A stretch of 64,000 bases of DNA from Leucoraja erinacea (taxonomy: Eukaryota), in contig NC_073407.1 of assembly GCF_028641065.1 (NCBI RefSeq), positions 15,252,001-15,316,000 on the forward strand, written 5' to 3'. Shown piece after piece: positions 25,040-36,848 of this stretch. The position numbers were made by a program, and so were the translations under genes. The notes below the pieces were generated by a model that searched no databases, was not told where the DNA came from, and saw only the letters and a list, made by a program, of their open reading frames with translations. The first letter of the stretch is position 1. Each line of letters opens with the position of its first letter.

Positions 25040-26460
25040 TGAAGACCAAGTAAATGTCTATACAGACATTTTCAATCGGTCCCTGCAAACCTGCGCTGTC
25101 CCTGCCTGCTTCAAAGACTCCACTATTGTTCCCGTACCCCAAAATCCAAGGATTACTGGTCTTAATGACTACAGGCCTGTCGCCCTGACCTCTGTAATCA
25201 CGAAGACCCTTGGAAGACTTGTGCTGGCACATCTGAAAAATATCACAAATCCCCTGCTGGACCCCCAGCAGTTTGCATAGATCAGTGGATGAAGCAGTCA
25301 ACCTAGGCCTGCACTTCATCCAGCACCTAGAACTCCACGGGACCTATGCAAGGACCTATGCAAGGATTTTGTGTGTGGATTTCAGCTCTACATTCAACAC
25401 CATTGTGCCAGAGCTACTACACTCCAAACTCTCCCAGTTGACTGTGCCTGAACCTCTCTGTTGGTGGATCACCAACTTCCTGAGACAGGACGCAGCATGT
25501 GAGGCTGGGAAAGCACATCTCAGACCCACTGACCCTCAGCAGAGGAGCACCGTAAGACTGCATACTCTCCCTTCTCCTTTACTCTCTCTACACCAACAAC
25601 TAACTCCACAGACTCCTGTCAAGTTTCTCAAGTTTGCGGACGACACAACCCTGATTGGACTGATCCAGGATGGGGAGGAATCTACCTACAGACATGAAGT
25701 GTCATAGCTGGCGTCCTGGTGCCATCGCAACAACCTGGAGCTCAATGCGCTTAAGACGGTGGAATTGATTGTAGACTTCAGGAGAGCTCCCTCTACCCTT
25801 CCCCCATTCACCATCAACAACACCACAGTCATATCTGTGGAGTCATTTAAGTTCCTTGGAATCATCATCTCCAAGGACCTTAAATGGGGGGCAACCTACG
25901 ACTACATAGTCAAAAGAGCCCTACAGAGGATGTACTTCCTGCGGCAGTTGAGGAAACACAATCTACCACAGGCAATGATGGTCCTATTTTATACTGCCAT
26001 CATAGAATCGGTCCTCACCTTCTCTATCATGGTTTGGCTCAGCCACCAAGCATGACATCCGGAGGCTGCAGCGCATCGTTCGATTAGCCAAGAAGAATGT
26101 TAGCTGCAACCTTCCCCCAATTAAGCGAGCGGGTAAGATCATCTCTGACCCCTCTCACCCTGCCACCAACTTTGAAGCACTTCCCTCTGGAAGGAGAGTC
26201 CGGACTATCAAAGCCGCCCAGCCAGACATAAAAACAGCCTTTTTTTCCCCACAAGCAGTAGCTCTAATCAACAGCCAAAAGTCTGTAGCCTCCTTTTGCT
26301 CTGGTATTTTATTTCATTCTTCACATGTTTAAATTATGTTTTATTGTTAATTGTCTACTGTATGTTATGTTGTTATTACTTGCGAGCAAAGCACCAAGGC
26401 AAATTCCTTGTATGTATACATACTTGGCTAATAAAATGTAATCAATACAATTAAATTATT
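25040..26460 (+). mobile_element. 5'-truncated Rex1/Babar-type LINE (RT pseudogene) in CDK9 intron 3
   Basis: DIFNRSL...LNDYRPVALTSV, DFSSTFNTI, KFADDT, ELIVDFRR, FKFLGI motifs spread over frameshifted ORFs; AATAAA near the 3' end. Confidence 0.92.
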
Positions 26461-26620
26461 TGAGCTGAAATGATAGTAATTTTTAATGGCTTCACTGTTT
26501 CAGTCCATTCCCAAGCATGACCAGAGTATTAGATTTGATAGAGATGTAACACTAAATGAAGATTTTCAAGATTTAATATGCGTTCTTCCAACACATGGAC
26601 CCTCACCAAACTGTTGATTT

Positions 26621-28059
26621 CCCCCCCCATTTCAGGGCACCATAATGTTTGGGACACATGGCTTCACAGGTGTTTGTGATTGCTCAGGTGTGTTTAATTG
26701 CCACCTTAATGCAGGTATAAGAGAGCTCTCAGCACCTAGTTTTTCCTCCAGTCTTTCCATCACTTTTGGAAACTTTTATCTCTGTTCATCAACATGAGGA
26801 CCAAAGTTGTGCCAATGAAAGTCAAAGAAGCCATTATGAGACTGAGAAACAAGATTAAAACTGTTATAGAGACATCAGCCAAACCTTAGGCTTACCCAAA
26901 TCAACTGTTTGGAATATAATTAAGAAGAAAGAGAGCACTGATGAGTTTACTAATCACAAAGGGACTGGCAGGCCAAGGAAAACCTTCACAACTGATGACA
27001 GAAGAATTCTCTCTATAATAAAGAAAAATCCCCAAACATCTGTCCGACAGATCAGAAACACTCTTCAGTAGTCAGGTGTGGATTTGTCAATGACCACTGT
27101 CATGAACAGAAATACAGAGGCTACACTGCAAGATGCAAACCACTGGTTAGCCGCAAAAATAGGATGGCCAGGTTACAGTTTGCCAAGAAGTACTTAAAAG
27201 AGCAACCACAGTTCTGGAAATAGGTTTTGTGGACAGATGAGACGAAGATTAACTTATATCAGAGTGATGGCAAGAGCAAAGTATGGAGGAGAGAAGGAAC
27301 TGCCCAAGATCCAAGGCATACCACCTCATCTGTGAAACACGGTGGTGGGAGTGTTGTGGCCTGGGCATGTATGGCTGCTGAAGGTACTGGCTCGCTTATC
27401 TTCATTGATGATGCAACTGCTGATGGTAGTAACATTATGAATTCAGAAGTGTATAGACACATCCTATCTGCTCAAGTTCATACAAATGCCTCAAAACTCA
27501 CTTGCCGGCGGTTCATTCTACAGCAAGGCAATGATCCCACACAGACTGCTAAAGCAACAAAGGAGTTTTTCCAAAGCTAAAAAATGGTAATTTTGAGAGG
27601 CCAAGCCAATCACCCGATCGGAACCCAATTGAGCATGCCTTATTTATGCTGAAGAGAAAACTGAAGGGGACTAGCCCCCAAAACAAGCATAAGCTAAAGA
27701 TGGCTGCAATACATGCCTGGCAGAGCATCACCAGAGAAGACACCCAGCAACTGGTGATGCCCATGAATCACAGACTTCAAGCAGTCATTGCATGCAAAGG
27801 ATATGCAACAAAATACTAAATATGACTACTTTCATTTACAGGGCATTGCTGTGTCCCAAACATTATGGTGCCCTAAAATGGGTGGACTATGTATAAACAC
27901 CATGGTGAAACCAATATGTATAAAAATGGCCTTTATTGAAATCTGACAATGTGCACTATAACCACATGGGATAATTTCTATTACAAATCTCAAATTCTGG
28001 AGTACAGAGGCAAATAAATAAAGGACGGTTCTTTGTCCCAAACATTATGGTGGGCACTG
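26621..28059 (+). mobile_element. Tc1/mariner (IR/DR type) DNA transposon, defective, left outer repeat missing
   Basis: Right end ...tgtcccaaacattatggtgggcactg|TA; inner repeat at about 27851; inverted copy at about 26635. Confidence 0.92.
26794..27819 (+). pseudogene. Tc1 transposase pseudogene
   Basis: MRTKVVPMK..STVWNII..GRPRK..VLWTDETK..VKHGGG..QQGND..SPDRNPIEH..GYATKY*, with stops and frameshifts. Confidence 0.92.
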
Positions 28060-28108
28060 TACTTAAGGTATGATCCTCTGAACGAGTTGCATTTTGAGAA
28101 AAACTCAC

Positions 28109-28199
28109 CTTTAGTGCGGCAGATCTCAATAAGGTTCACCACATTTTCGTGCTTCAACAGTTGCAGGATTTTGATTTCTCTCAAGGCCGTAATGGGAAA
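28109..28199 (-). CDS. CDK9: CDK9 exon 3 (PITALRE motif)
   Basis: cattag|TTT...G|gtgagt, 91 nt; FPITALREIKILQLLKHENVVNLIEICRTK. Confidence 0.99.
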
Positions 28200-30019
28200 C
28201 TAATGAAAGTGTTTAAAAATAATTATTTGCATTGTACTTCTGGATGTAAACCTTTTCCTTTAACTGAAAAAATTTCACAAAATTGTTGCATCACAAAAAC
28301 ATTTATACTACGTAAATTTAACTTATCATTATTTCAGCACAGTTGGCCACTCGAGATCAAGCAAGACTCTGCTCTCACTGCCACCATCTTGTTCAGTTGT
28401 CGTCTAAGCACATTGATATACAATGCTTCTTTGTTAAGCAGTACCTAAATTTCTAAATTCTAACCCTTATTTTAAACCCCTGTATTATGTGAAGCCTATC
28501 TATTTCTGAATATACAAGAGCAGACACTTTCTCCTTTGTTATAGAGCCCTTGTGAAACTGAATCTGGAATGTTATATATAGGTCTAGTCTTCAAAAATGA
28601 AATATTATCATGATAGAGCGACTCCAGCAAAGGTTCACCTGGTTGATTTTGGAATTGGCAAGTATGGCATAAGAGGAGATTAAGTAGACTAGGTCTGTGG
28701 ATGCATGTTTAATAGAGTGAAAGATGATCTCACAAAACATTCTTATGGGGGCTTGGCAACGATGATGTTTCCCACAGCTGGTATGTCTGGAACTAAGCAT
28801 CAGAATCAAAAAATATTCGGAGACACGAAGGAATTTATTTAGAGGCGAACAAATCTGTAGAATCCTCTGCTTAAGAGGGCAGTGGAGGCTCAGTCACTGA
28901 GGATCATCAGTCTACAAATATTAAGGGAAATTAAATTAGAGCAGGGATGTGAAATGGTAAACATATGCCCTGGTCTTGTTAAATGATGGAGCAGGAGGGG
29001 CCAAATGGCCTATTTCTTATGTTACATTCCAGTTTTGCAATCACCAGGGAGAGCTTGTCTTCTATATTCTGACCACTTGCTTGTTCTCATGTGTAACTGC
29101 CCCACTCCTGTTGAGGTCTAGGTTCTGGCCTTTCAAGTCGAGTTTATTGTCACTTACACACATATGGTGAGCTATAGGCACAATGAAAATTTTGCCTGCA
29201 GGAACATCACAAGCACAGACCTTTATTTCTTCCCTAACTGTCTCTGTCACTCTTTCCCTTTTTAAGATGCTCCTTAAGATACTGAGTTGGATGATCAGCC
29301 ATGATCATATTGAATGGCGGTGCAGGCTCGAAGGGCCGAATGGCCTACTCCTGCACCTAATTTCTATGTTTCTATGTTAAAACATGTGCCTGATCAGGTT
29401 CTTGATCACCTTTCATTGTTATTTATGTAGCAATCTTCTGAAGTGCGTTTCTTACTTGTTTTAACATTAAAGGCACTAAATATCAATATATATTGTTGAG
29501 GTTAGGATTTCCATCTCACCTGAACTAACAACTTAGGATAGGACAGGTACCAGCACAGTAAGAAATGCAATCACAAGAGAACTGCTCAAATATCAGGTAA
29601 AACTAGTAAAACATTTGATTGACTGTGTTATATGCATACAATTTCCTGCCTTTCTGCCACAAAAGTTTCAACTGATAATGGTACCTGGCTCGTCTGGTAA
29701 GTGACACAAGCTGCATTTTCCTTGGTTTGATAGGAAGTCCGCCAGACGAGATTGAAACCAAGATTGGAAGCAACTCTCCCAATTAATGTTTGGAATTTTG
29801 GCATCTGCTAAACGACTATTTATGGGCACTGTCTAAGCTCACACAAGTGGTGATTTGGTTGAGGTATCAAAGCCTTCAAATTGTAATCTGCAATTCAACT
29901 TCCCCAAAAGAAATGGTCAATTAGAAAATATGCACACAACGCAACCAACTGAAGCACCATAGGAGACAAAGTTAACTTTAATAATCAGACTGACGATAAA
30001 ATATTGGGAACATACATAC

Positions 30020-30101
30020 CCCTTCCTTTTCATTTTCCATAAGCACTTTCTTCAAAGCCACTTTTTTTCCTGTCTGCCGATGTCGTGCTTTAAACACCTC
30101 C
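30020..30101 (-). CDS. CDK9: CDK9 exon 2
   Basis: ttacag|G...GGG|gtatgt, 82 nt; EVFKARHRQTGKKVALKKVLMENEKEG. Confidence 0.98.
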
Positions 30102-31379
30102 CTGTAAAGCAATTACAATACTTTTAGCCAACACACTCCAGTGACCAACAAATCCCTTACACTATTTTCCAATTGCTCATACATTCAATGTGCTGAGATG
30201 AGAAGCAATTCAGGGAAATAGCACACTGCATTTCTATTCCACAAAGGTTGTAGTCAGTACAAGAGCAAAGTCTTCCGATGCACAAGGCATGTTCAATTCT
30301 TTTTCACAAAAATATATTATTTTAATTCCCAGAATGAAATGTTTATTTAATGAAAGAAAATTGAGTGGAGTGACTCGTCCAGAATGAGTCCAGATCGTAC
30401 AGACATTGAGACTTTCACAGGGTGGATGATAAAGAAACTGGTTATCCCGGCTAAATTTCACAGGACAGTCTAATAATCGGGGATAGACTATTTAGGAATG
30501 AGTTATGGAAGAATTTCTTCATGTGTTAGGAATTTTCTATATCAGAAAATTTCGACACAGGCATCCAAGTACGTTTGTTGGTGAAATAACAATGATTTCA
30601 ATTGAAGGGAATTATAGCAAATGGAGATCAGAAAGGAATATGAAGGCAGAAGTTCATCCAACACTGCAAAGCAGAACCAATTCTTCATGCTCAAATCTTT
30701 CCTCTAGAGGCAATAAGATCATGACCAGATAAGTCTTTTTGATGTTTACTCAAGGTTAAAAAACATTGTAGAACCGAAGTATTCTGATCAGAATACCATG
30801 TGATCTTTCATATCGATGGCAGATAGTTTCAGATCAACATCTCCTGCGAGAGGCAGCTCTGATCGTGCGGCATTTCCTCACGACAGTGGCTTTGTGCCTT
30901 TTAAGTCTCTAGAGGGAATGAAGCTCACATCCGGCCAACTCAGAGTAAACCCAGGGAAGGGAAATCCAGAACCAGAGGACAAAGTGAGAAGAACCTGAGG
31001 TGCAACATTTTCACCCAGAAGATGGTGGGTACATGGAACAAGTTGCCAGAGGTGGGGGTTGAGAGGTACAATAACAACATGTAAAACATCATTTGGACGG
31101 GTACAAGGAGTGGAAAGGTTTAGAGGGATATGGCCCTCAAACACTGGCAAACAGAACTAGCTTGGACGAGTTCCGTGCTCTATGACTTTGTGATCGAGTG
31201 GATCGAATTATGTTCCTGGTGTGACTGGTACGAACGGGGAAGGAGACTGGTTTGACCGGGTAACCCGGGTGCTTCGAGCCGGTTATCCTCGGCCCCATTT
31301 GCGGGCATCGGGCCTAGCCTCCCCATCCCTCCCACCCTGCCCTCGCCTCGCCTCGCCTCGCTTCTGCAGCCGGCCTCAC

Positions 31380-31471
31380 CCGAAGGTGCCCTGCCCGATC
31401 TTCGCCATCTTCTCGTACTTGGCGACCTCATCGCAAAACTGGAAGTCCAGCACCTCGTAGTACTTCACCAT
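31380..31471 (-). CDS. CDK9: CDK9 exon 1 coding part (canonical ATG; in-frame upstream ATGs at 31495 and 31519)
   Basis: MVKYYEVLDFQFCDEVAKYEKMAKIGQGTF(G)|gtgagg, 92 nt; the seven exons sum to 1119 nt = 372 aa, the canonical CDK9 length. Confidence 0.97.
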
Positions 31472-31625
31472 GTCGGCGCTGAGCCGGACCCCCATGCCGC
31501 TGTCCGGGCACCGCGCCATCCTCCACTGCGTGCTCGGAGGTTCCGGACCCCCTCGGCAGCGGCTCCAGCGGCTGGGAGCGTCGCACTGCAGCCCAAAGAT
31601 CTTTGCTACAGCCGCCTTGCGGCTA

Positions 31626-31858
31626 GACCTCACCGGCAGCCTCCAGCGGCCTGGCGCCGCACTGCAGCTGGACCTCACCGGCAGCGGCTCCAGCGGCCTG
31701 GCGCCGCACTGCAGCTGGACCTCACCGGCAGCGGCTCCAGCGGCTGGGCGCCGTATTACAGCTAGACCTCACCGGCAGCGGCTCCAGCGGCTGGGCGCCG
31801 TATTACAGCTAGACCTCACCGGCAGCGGCTCCAGCGGCTGGGCGCCGTATTGCAGCCG
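31626..31858. repeat. 47-bp GC-rich minisatellite, 5 copies (plus a partial copy at about 31553-31593)
   Basis: gacctcaccggcagcggctccagcgg... units start at 31626, 31671, 31718, 31765 and 31812; the first unit is 45 bp. Confidence 0.95.
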
Positions 31859-31874
31859 CTGTCGCTTCAAACTT

Positions 31875-31960
31875 GAAGGTACACAAAAATGCTGGAAGGA
31901 AATAGGTGACGTTTCGGGCCGAAACCCTTCTTCAGACTGAAGAAGGCCTTCTTCAGACTT
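31875..31960 (-). mobile_element. Penelope terminal-repeat fragment with hammerhead core (31908-31935)
   Basis: Minus strand CTGAAGA-A-GGGTTTCGGCCC-GAAAC-GTC-acct. Confidence 0.75.
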
Positions 31961-32989
31961 TCCTTCGCTTATAGCAGAGCTATAGGATCTTTGGTTTCAA
32001 CAGTTGCAAGTTATTAACCTTTACTGTGAGGACTAATTATTTTTTGTCTCCATAAACCTTATTTTGCCTCTTTTATCCATTTTGTACTTATTGTAGATTT
32101 TCATCGATAAAAGGTTGTGCTGGAATTATTTGGCTGGTTAATATTTTATTAGCCAATCATTAATTTTCCTATGTTAAACCCCAAGACATTCAGATAAGGT
32201 GCAGAAAGAAAATTTAATTAAATGATAGTTTCCATTAAAATATGCCTGAAATGCTCATAAGCTCAATTATCATTTTACGGTGAAATTCTTTACAAGAATG
32301 TAGAAAGAATAAAATGTACAAGTCCTTCTAAGACTTTCAAAGTAGATGCTTTGAGCAGTTGGAGTTTCAGGAGCTAAGGCACGCCGTCTAAAAAAAATCA
32401 TCATTTAATACAGAGATGTTGCAAACATTCTCACCTGAAAAGCAGTGAATCTTTGGAACATTCTATTCATGAGGGAACTGTTTGTCCAGTACGATATTAA
32501 GAGTGATCAATAGGTATTGGGATATTAAAATTAAAAGGTTTTGGGATATTAAAAGAATGCAGGAAAATGGTTCTGTTGTAAAAGGTCAGACATTGGACTA
32601 CTCCTGTTTCTTTTTCATATATTTCTATATTTTGACAAGAGTTAAGAATGGTTAATTGTCATATGTACTGGCAGTAGAACGAACAAATTCTTACTTGCTG
32701 TATCTTCTAAGGCATTTATTGCTTTGGACTATTTTGATATTGACCAACACAGGAGCACTAACATAACCCAGGACCATGAGCAACATGTATGTTTTGTGGA
32801 TTTAACCTAAGAAAAATATTGCAAGTTACTTAGTATGAAACTAATTTGTGAATCAGTTACCAGGATGGCCACAAATGCAAAATGGGCTCCTTGCTGTAAA
32901 TGTTTATGATTAACCATATAACCATATAACAATTACAGCACGGAAACAGGCCATCTCGACCCTTGTTAAATAGATTGTTAAATAGATGA

Positions 32990-33160
32990 AAAATGACACT
33001 GAATGACACAGACTCAGTAGGTCAGACAGCATCTCTGGAGAAAAGGAATAGGTGATGTTTCGGGTCTAGACCCTTCCCTCTCGTCTCGAAACATCACCTA
33101 TTCTTTTCTCCAGTGATGCTGTCTGACCCACTGAGTTACTCCAGCTTTTAGTGTTTATCA
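32990..33160. mobile_element. Inverted (palindromic) pair of Penelope terminal repeats
   Basis: cagacagcatctctggagaaaaggaataggtgatgtttcg...cgaaacatcacctattcttttctccagtgatgctgtctg. Confidence 0.75.
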
Positions 33161-36100
33161 AAAAGAGAAAAGAATAGCTTGAGGAGCAGCCCATGGTTAT
33201 TCAGTGACAGATGGCCGATCCATTTGTGAAGGGGCTCCAGCAATCTTTGAGACCATAATCTACTCTAGGCTTCCAGTTGTGTTGATAAAGGCACCCAATA
33301 ACTTCCATATTACTTTGCAACACAGAATGAAGCATTTCAGCCAACCTAGTTTACCATGATTTACAGAGCAAAACATTCCCCGACTAATTTTCCCTGCAAC
33401 CTATTCCCATTAACCTTTCCCCGAGATTCTACCACACATCCATATTAGGAGCAATCTACAGGAGTCAATTAATCACCAACATTCAGGAATTTGGGATATG
33501 ACAGGAAACCAATACAGTCAGAGGAAACCCATGAAGTCAAAAGGAAATATGCAGATCCATACACTCAACAAGAAGTCAAGACTGAACCCGGGTCACTCTG
33601 TAGCCTTTGTTTACTGGCAGGATGTTCAGTCATATACATCAAGACCGAAGATGAAAGTTAAAATGTATTTTGTGTGCAAGAACAAACTCCAGGAAATTCC
33701 TTTGGGCACAATGGAAAAAGGGAGTTGTCACCTACAGTCTGAGATTTGTATTCTTCAAAAATAATTTGGATGGTGAAAAAGCATTGTAAAGTAAACCTAT
33801 TACTGATGACATTATGGCTTAACAATTAAAGTGTTCATCCAGAGTGGTGGTTTATGTATCTGGTTCAATCCCAGCATGATGGTATGGGATAGTGAATTCA
33901 TCTCCATGACAAGAGTAAATTACTGGATTAGTGTAAAACCCAAATCTTCCACTGATGGTTTTTGCAACAATAATCTAGCATCTGGGATGTAGTAAATCCT
34001 GCTGTTCCTATCATGATCCCAGTGACACACTGCGTTATTTACTCAGTATTATAGTAATGGAAAATAAATGGCGTGCAACTTGCATGCAAAAGTCATAGGC
34101 AATGTCCAACGGACAAGTCTTCTGTTCAAATGTCATTAAACCATGGTGGATGATCATAGCTCTATGGGATTTGTAAACGGATATGTTGACAAACAGTGTA
34201 ACAGTTGAGGCTTCTATCTTCGTTAGAAAGATGCACTTGCTGTGCACTTAAGCACAAACAAATATAAGAAATAGGAACAGAAACAGACCACACACCACAT
34301 GCATGCTCTGAAATTTGGAAAGTTCATGGCTGATTGTCAACTGGAATTCCAAACGATTGTCGTAACCCATGGATGTCTCTCATGAATTCAATATTCCAGC
34401 AAGGATTATTATGGAGAAAAAAAAACACATAACTGCAATTGTTACAATTCTTGTCAGCATACCCGTTGAAAACCTCAAAAGATGGAATGAGGATTAATAG
34501 TGCCCTGACAAAACATCAACATTAATGATGCATGATGCATTCTTTCTCATGCATAGTTTTTTCCCTGTCTCCTGGTGAAAAGTGTTTTCTTTTTGACATT
34601 AGTGACATGGAAACAAGGAACAATTTGCATTGATATACCATCTGTTTTTGTTTTAATATTGTAAGTAGCATGAAATGCAAGAAACATATCAGTGCATTGG
34701 CACCCATCAGTTCTCCTAAACAACAATAAGATAACGACAAAGTAAAATAACAACATGTTTCAATCATGTTGAATGAAGGATAAATATTAACTACGACATG
34801 CTCCTTGTACTCCTCCTTTAAAATCTATCTGAGAGCAGACGAGTCCTTTCTTAAAGACCGTACTTCCAACATTGTTGCCCCCTCGAAGCACTGAACTGGA
34901 GTGTGGGAAACTGAAAGTCAGTCGAGTGAGTGGGACATGAGGTCTACATTGAGCAATGAAACTACCGATAATCTGTCAACTGCAATCTCAATCAAACACT
35001 AATTGGACAGCAAAGCTACTTCATGTCGACAGCAAAAATCCCTTCTCAAAGATACAGCTAATTCAGCAACTCACCAGCCTCTTGATCACAACCTCAGTAC
35101 AGAAGCTGTGATAAACATCCCACACCTTCTGTTGCTCAATAGCCATCTGATCCATCACAGCTGTGGAGGATTCTTACCAATTTTCTTGAAACTTAAAAGG
35201 ATCCTGTTGACAATTTGTGGGCAATATTACCTTGCTGCCAGATTACTTTCATTGACAGAAAGTAGCAACGTTGATACCTTGATCAAACAATGAGGGAATT
35301 GCCTGAATAAGAGTATTATAAAATCTGAATTAGATTATTGGATTCATTTTGTTTGGATGTGCAGACTTTATGGAGAAGATTCTTAGATTTAATATAGCCA
35401 ATACTCTGTGGGAAGACACATTTACTGCTTAAATATAGCTCTGTCTCTCTCAGTATCAACATGGGGTCAAGGAAAGAGCGTTCACATCGCGGCCCTGTTT
35501 CCACCAATCTTTCCACCACAAGCACAAGATGCAGAAGAAACGACAAGATAGACACCATTGTATGCAGATGCCGAGAAGTGTGTTCAGCTCTGGCTGAACA
35601 ACTTCTAATCTTGTGTGTGGACTCGATAAGAAGAAGACCCATCAACATAAATAAAGTTTGAAAAATGAAAATTTGAAAGAAGTGTGTTTACTTAAAGAAC
35701 TAATTGCATTTATTTTACCAGTAGTATTTATTGAATACTCCATTTTGTTTTATTTTCTGTTGCCTCAATAAAGCAAGCAACAACTCTTTTATTTTCATCT
35801 GTAAGCGCTTTAATAAAAAGATTTTATTAACAGATGATAGGAGATAATGGCATTCTCTGAAAATCTGGATTAGGTCATTCCATTATTTGCTTTTCTGCAC
35901 ATAACCAATGTTGTCAGCTCTAATAGACTGCTGTCATATTCACTTCCAATACAACAAATTATGATCATTGTGCAGTCAGGACAGTCGCAGAGTGGAACCT
36001 CTATTAGCTAGTAGATTGAAAAGAATGATCTTTTAGGATTGGCGTCAGAGAATACTGAATAACCCAAAAATGTAAACTTTTGATTTTGAATGTGCATAAA

Positions 36101-36848
36101 GTAATAGACTAGGCAGAAAAATGAAAAGTGTAATTTAAATTGAATGCAATGGACTGTGCAGTTGGTTTGTGACAGGCAGGAGATTGGTGTTAGTACTGCA
36201 CAATGTGATTCGTGTTTGTGCAAATCTTGTCATTCTGCCAGAGAGGAAGAGGGATAGTTTGCGCAGATGGTGGAGGATTCTACTCATTTACTATCATCTC
36301 ATTAGTGGAAATGTAGACACATAACACTGTTAATACTGCAACTGCTTCAACAGTAGATTTGGAAATCATTGAGGGTGTATGTGTGCGCGCAGGAAATATA
36401 TTTTCAAACTAAACGATGGAGGCCTGTTTACTCTTGGAGGCTGAATTGGAAAACTTTCAGGTGAAAATTTATCCCTGGCAATAGCACAAGACAGACAAGA
36501 GCCGTAGGGAACCCCTAACATGCCACTGGCATCATGCAATTTTAGTGAACAGGAGGTGGCCACTGATGTCAAAGGCACATCTCCACCCCTTTAAAACGCA
36601 ACTGTATTGAATTTGGGACCCACTGTAATATTGACTTTTAAGCCACTATTAGGTTCGCCCTGAATAATTACAAATAAGTACAGGAAATTACCCAGACTCC
36701 TATATGATGTAAATATATAAAATGTGTCAAGTTTGCACGTTTTCCCTGTGACCACATGGGTTTTCATTAGGGTTTGCATCATGCCAAAGATGTGCAGCTT
36801 TGTAGGTTAATTGGCTACTGGAAATATTCCCTTTTGGAAGGCATGGAT

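Larger units (their letters stand above)
31250..31870. promoter_or_regulatory. CpG island / CDK9 promoter and 5' UTR
   Basis: High GC and CpG around exon 1; no minus-strand ATG between 31520 and about 32050. Confidence 0.8.

Noticed and set aside
31626-31858. CRISPR-like array
   Set aside because: Head-to-tail tandem units with no unique spacers, in a eukaryotic locus with no cas genes
31470-31940. 156-aa plus-strand ORF with repeated LDLTGS
   Set aside because: Translation of the 47-bp minisatellite and CDK9 5' region in antisense; the unit length is not a multiple of 3
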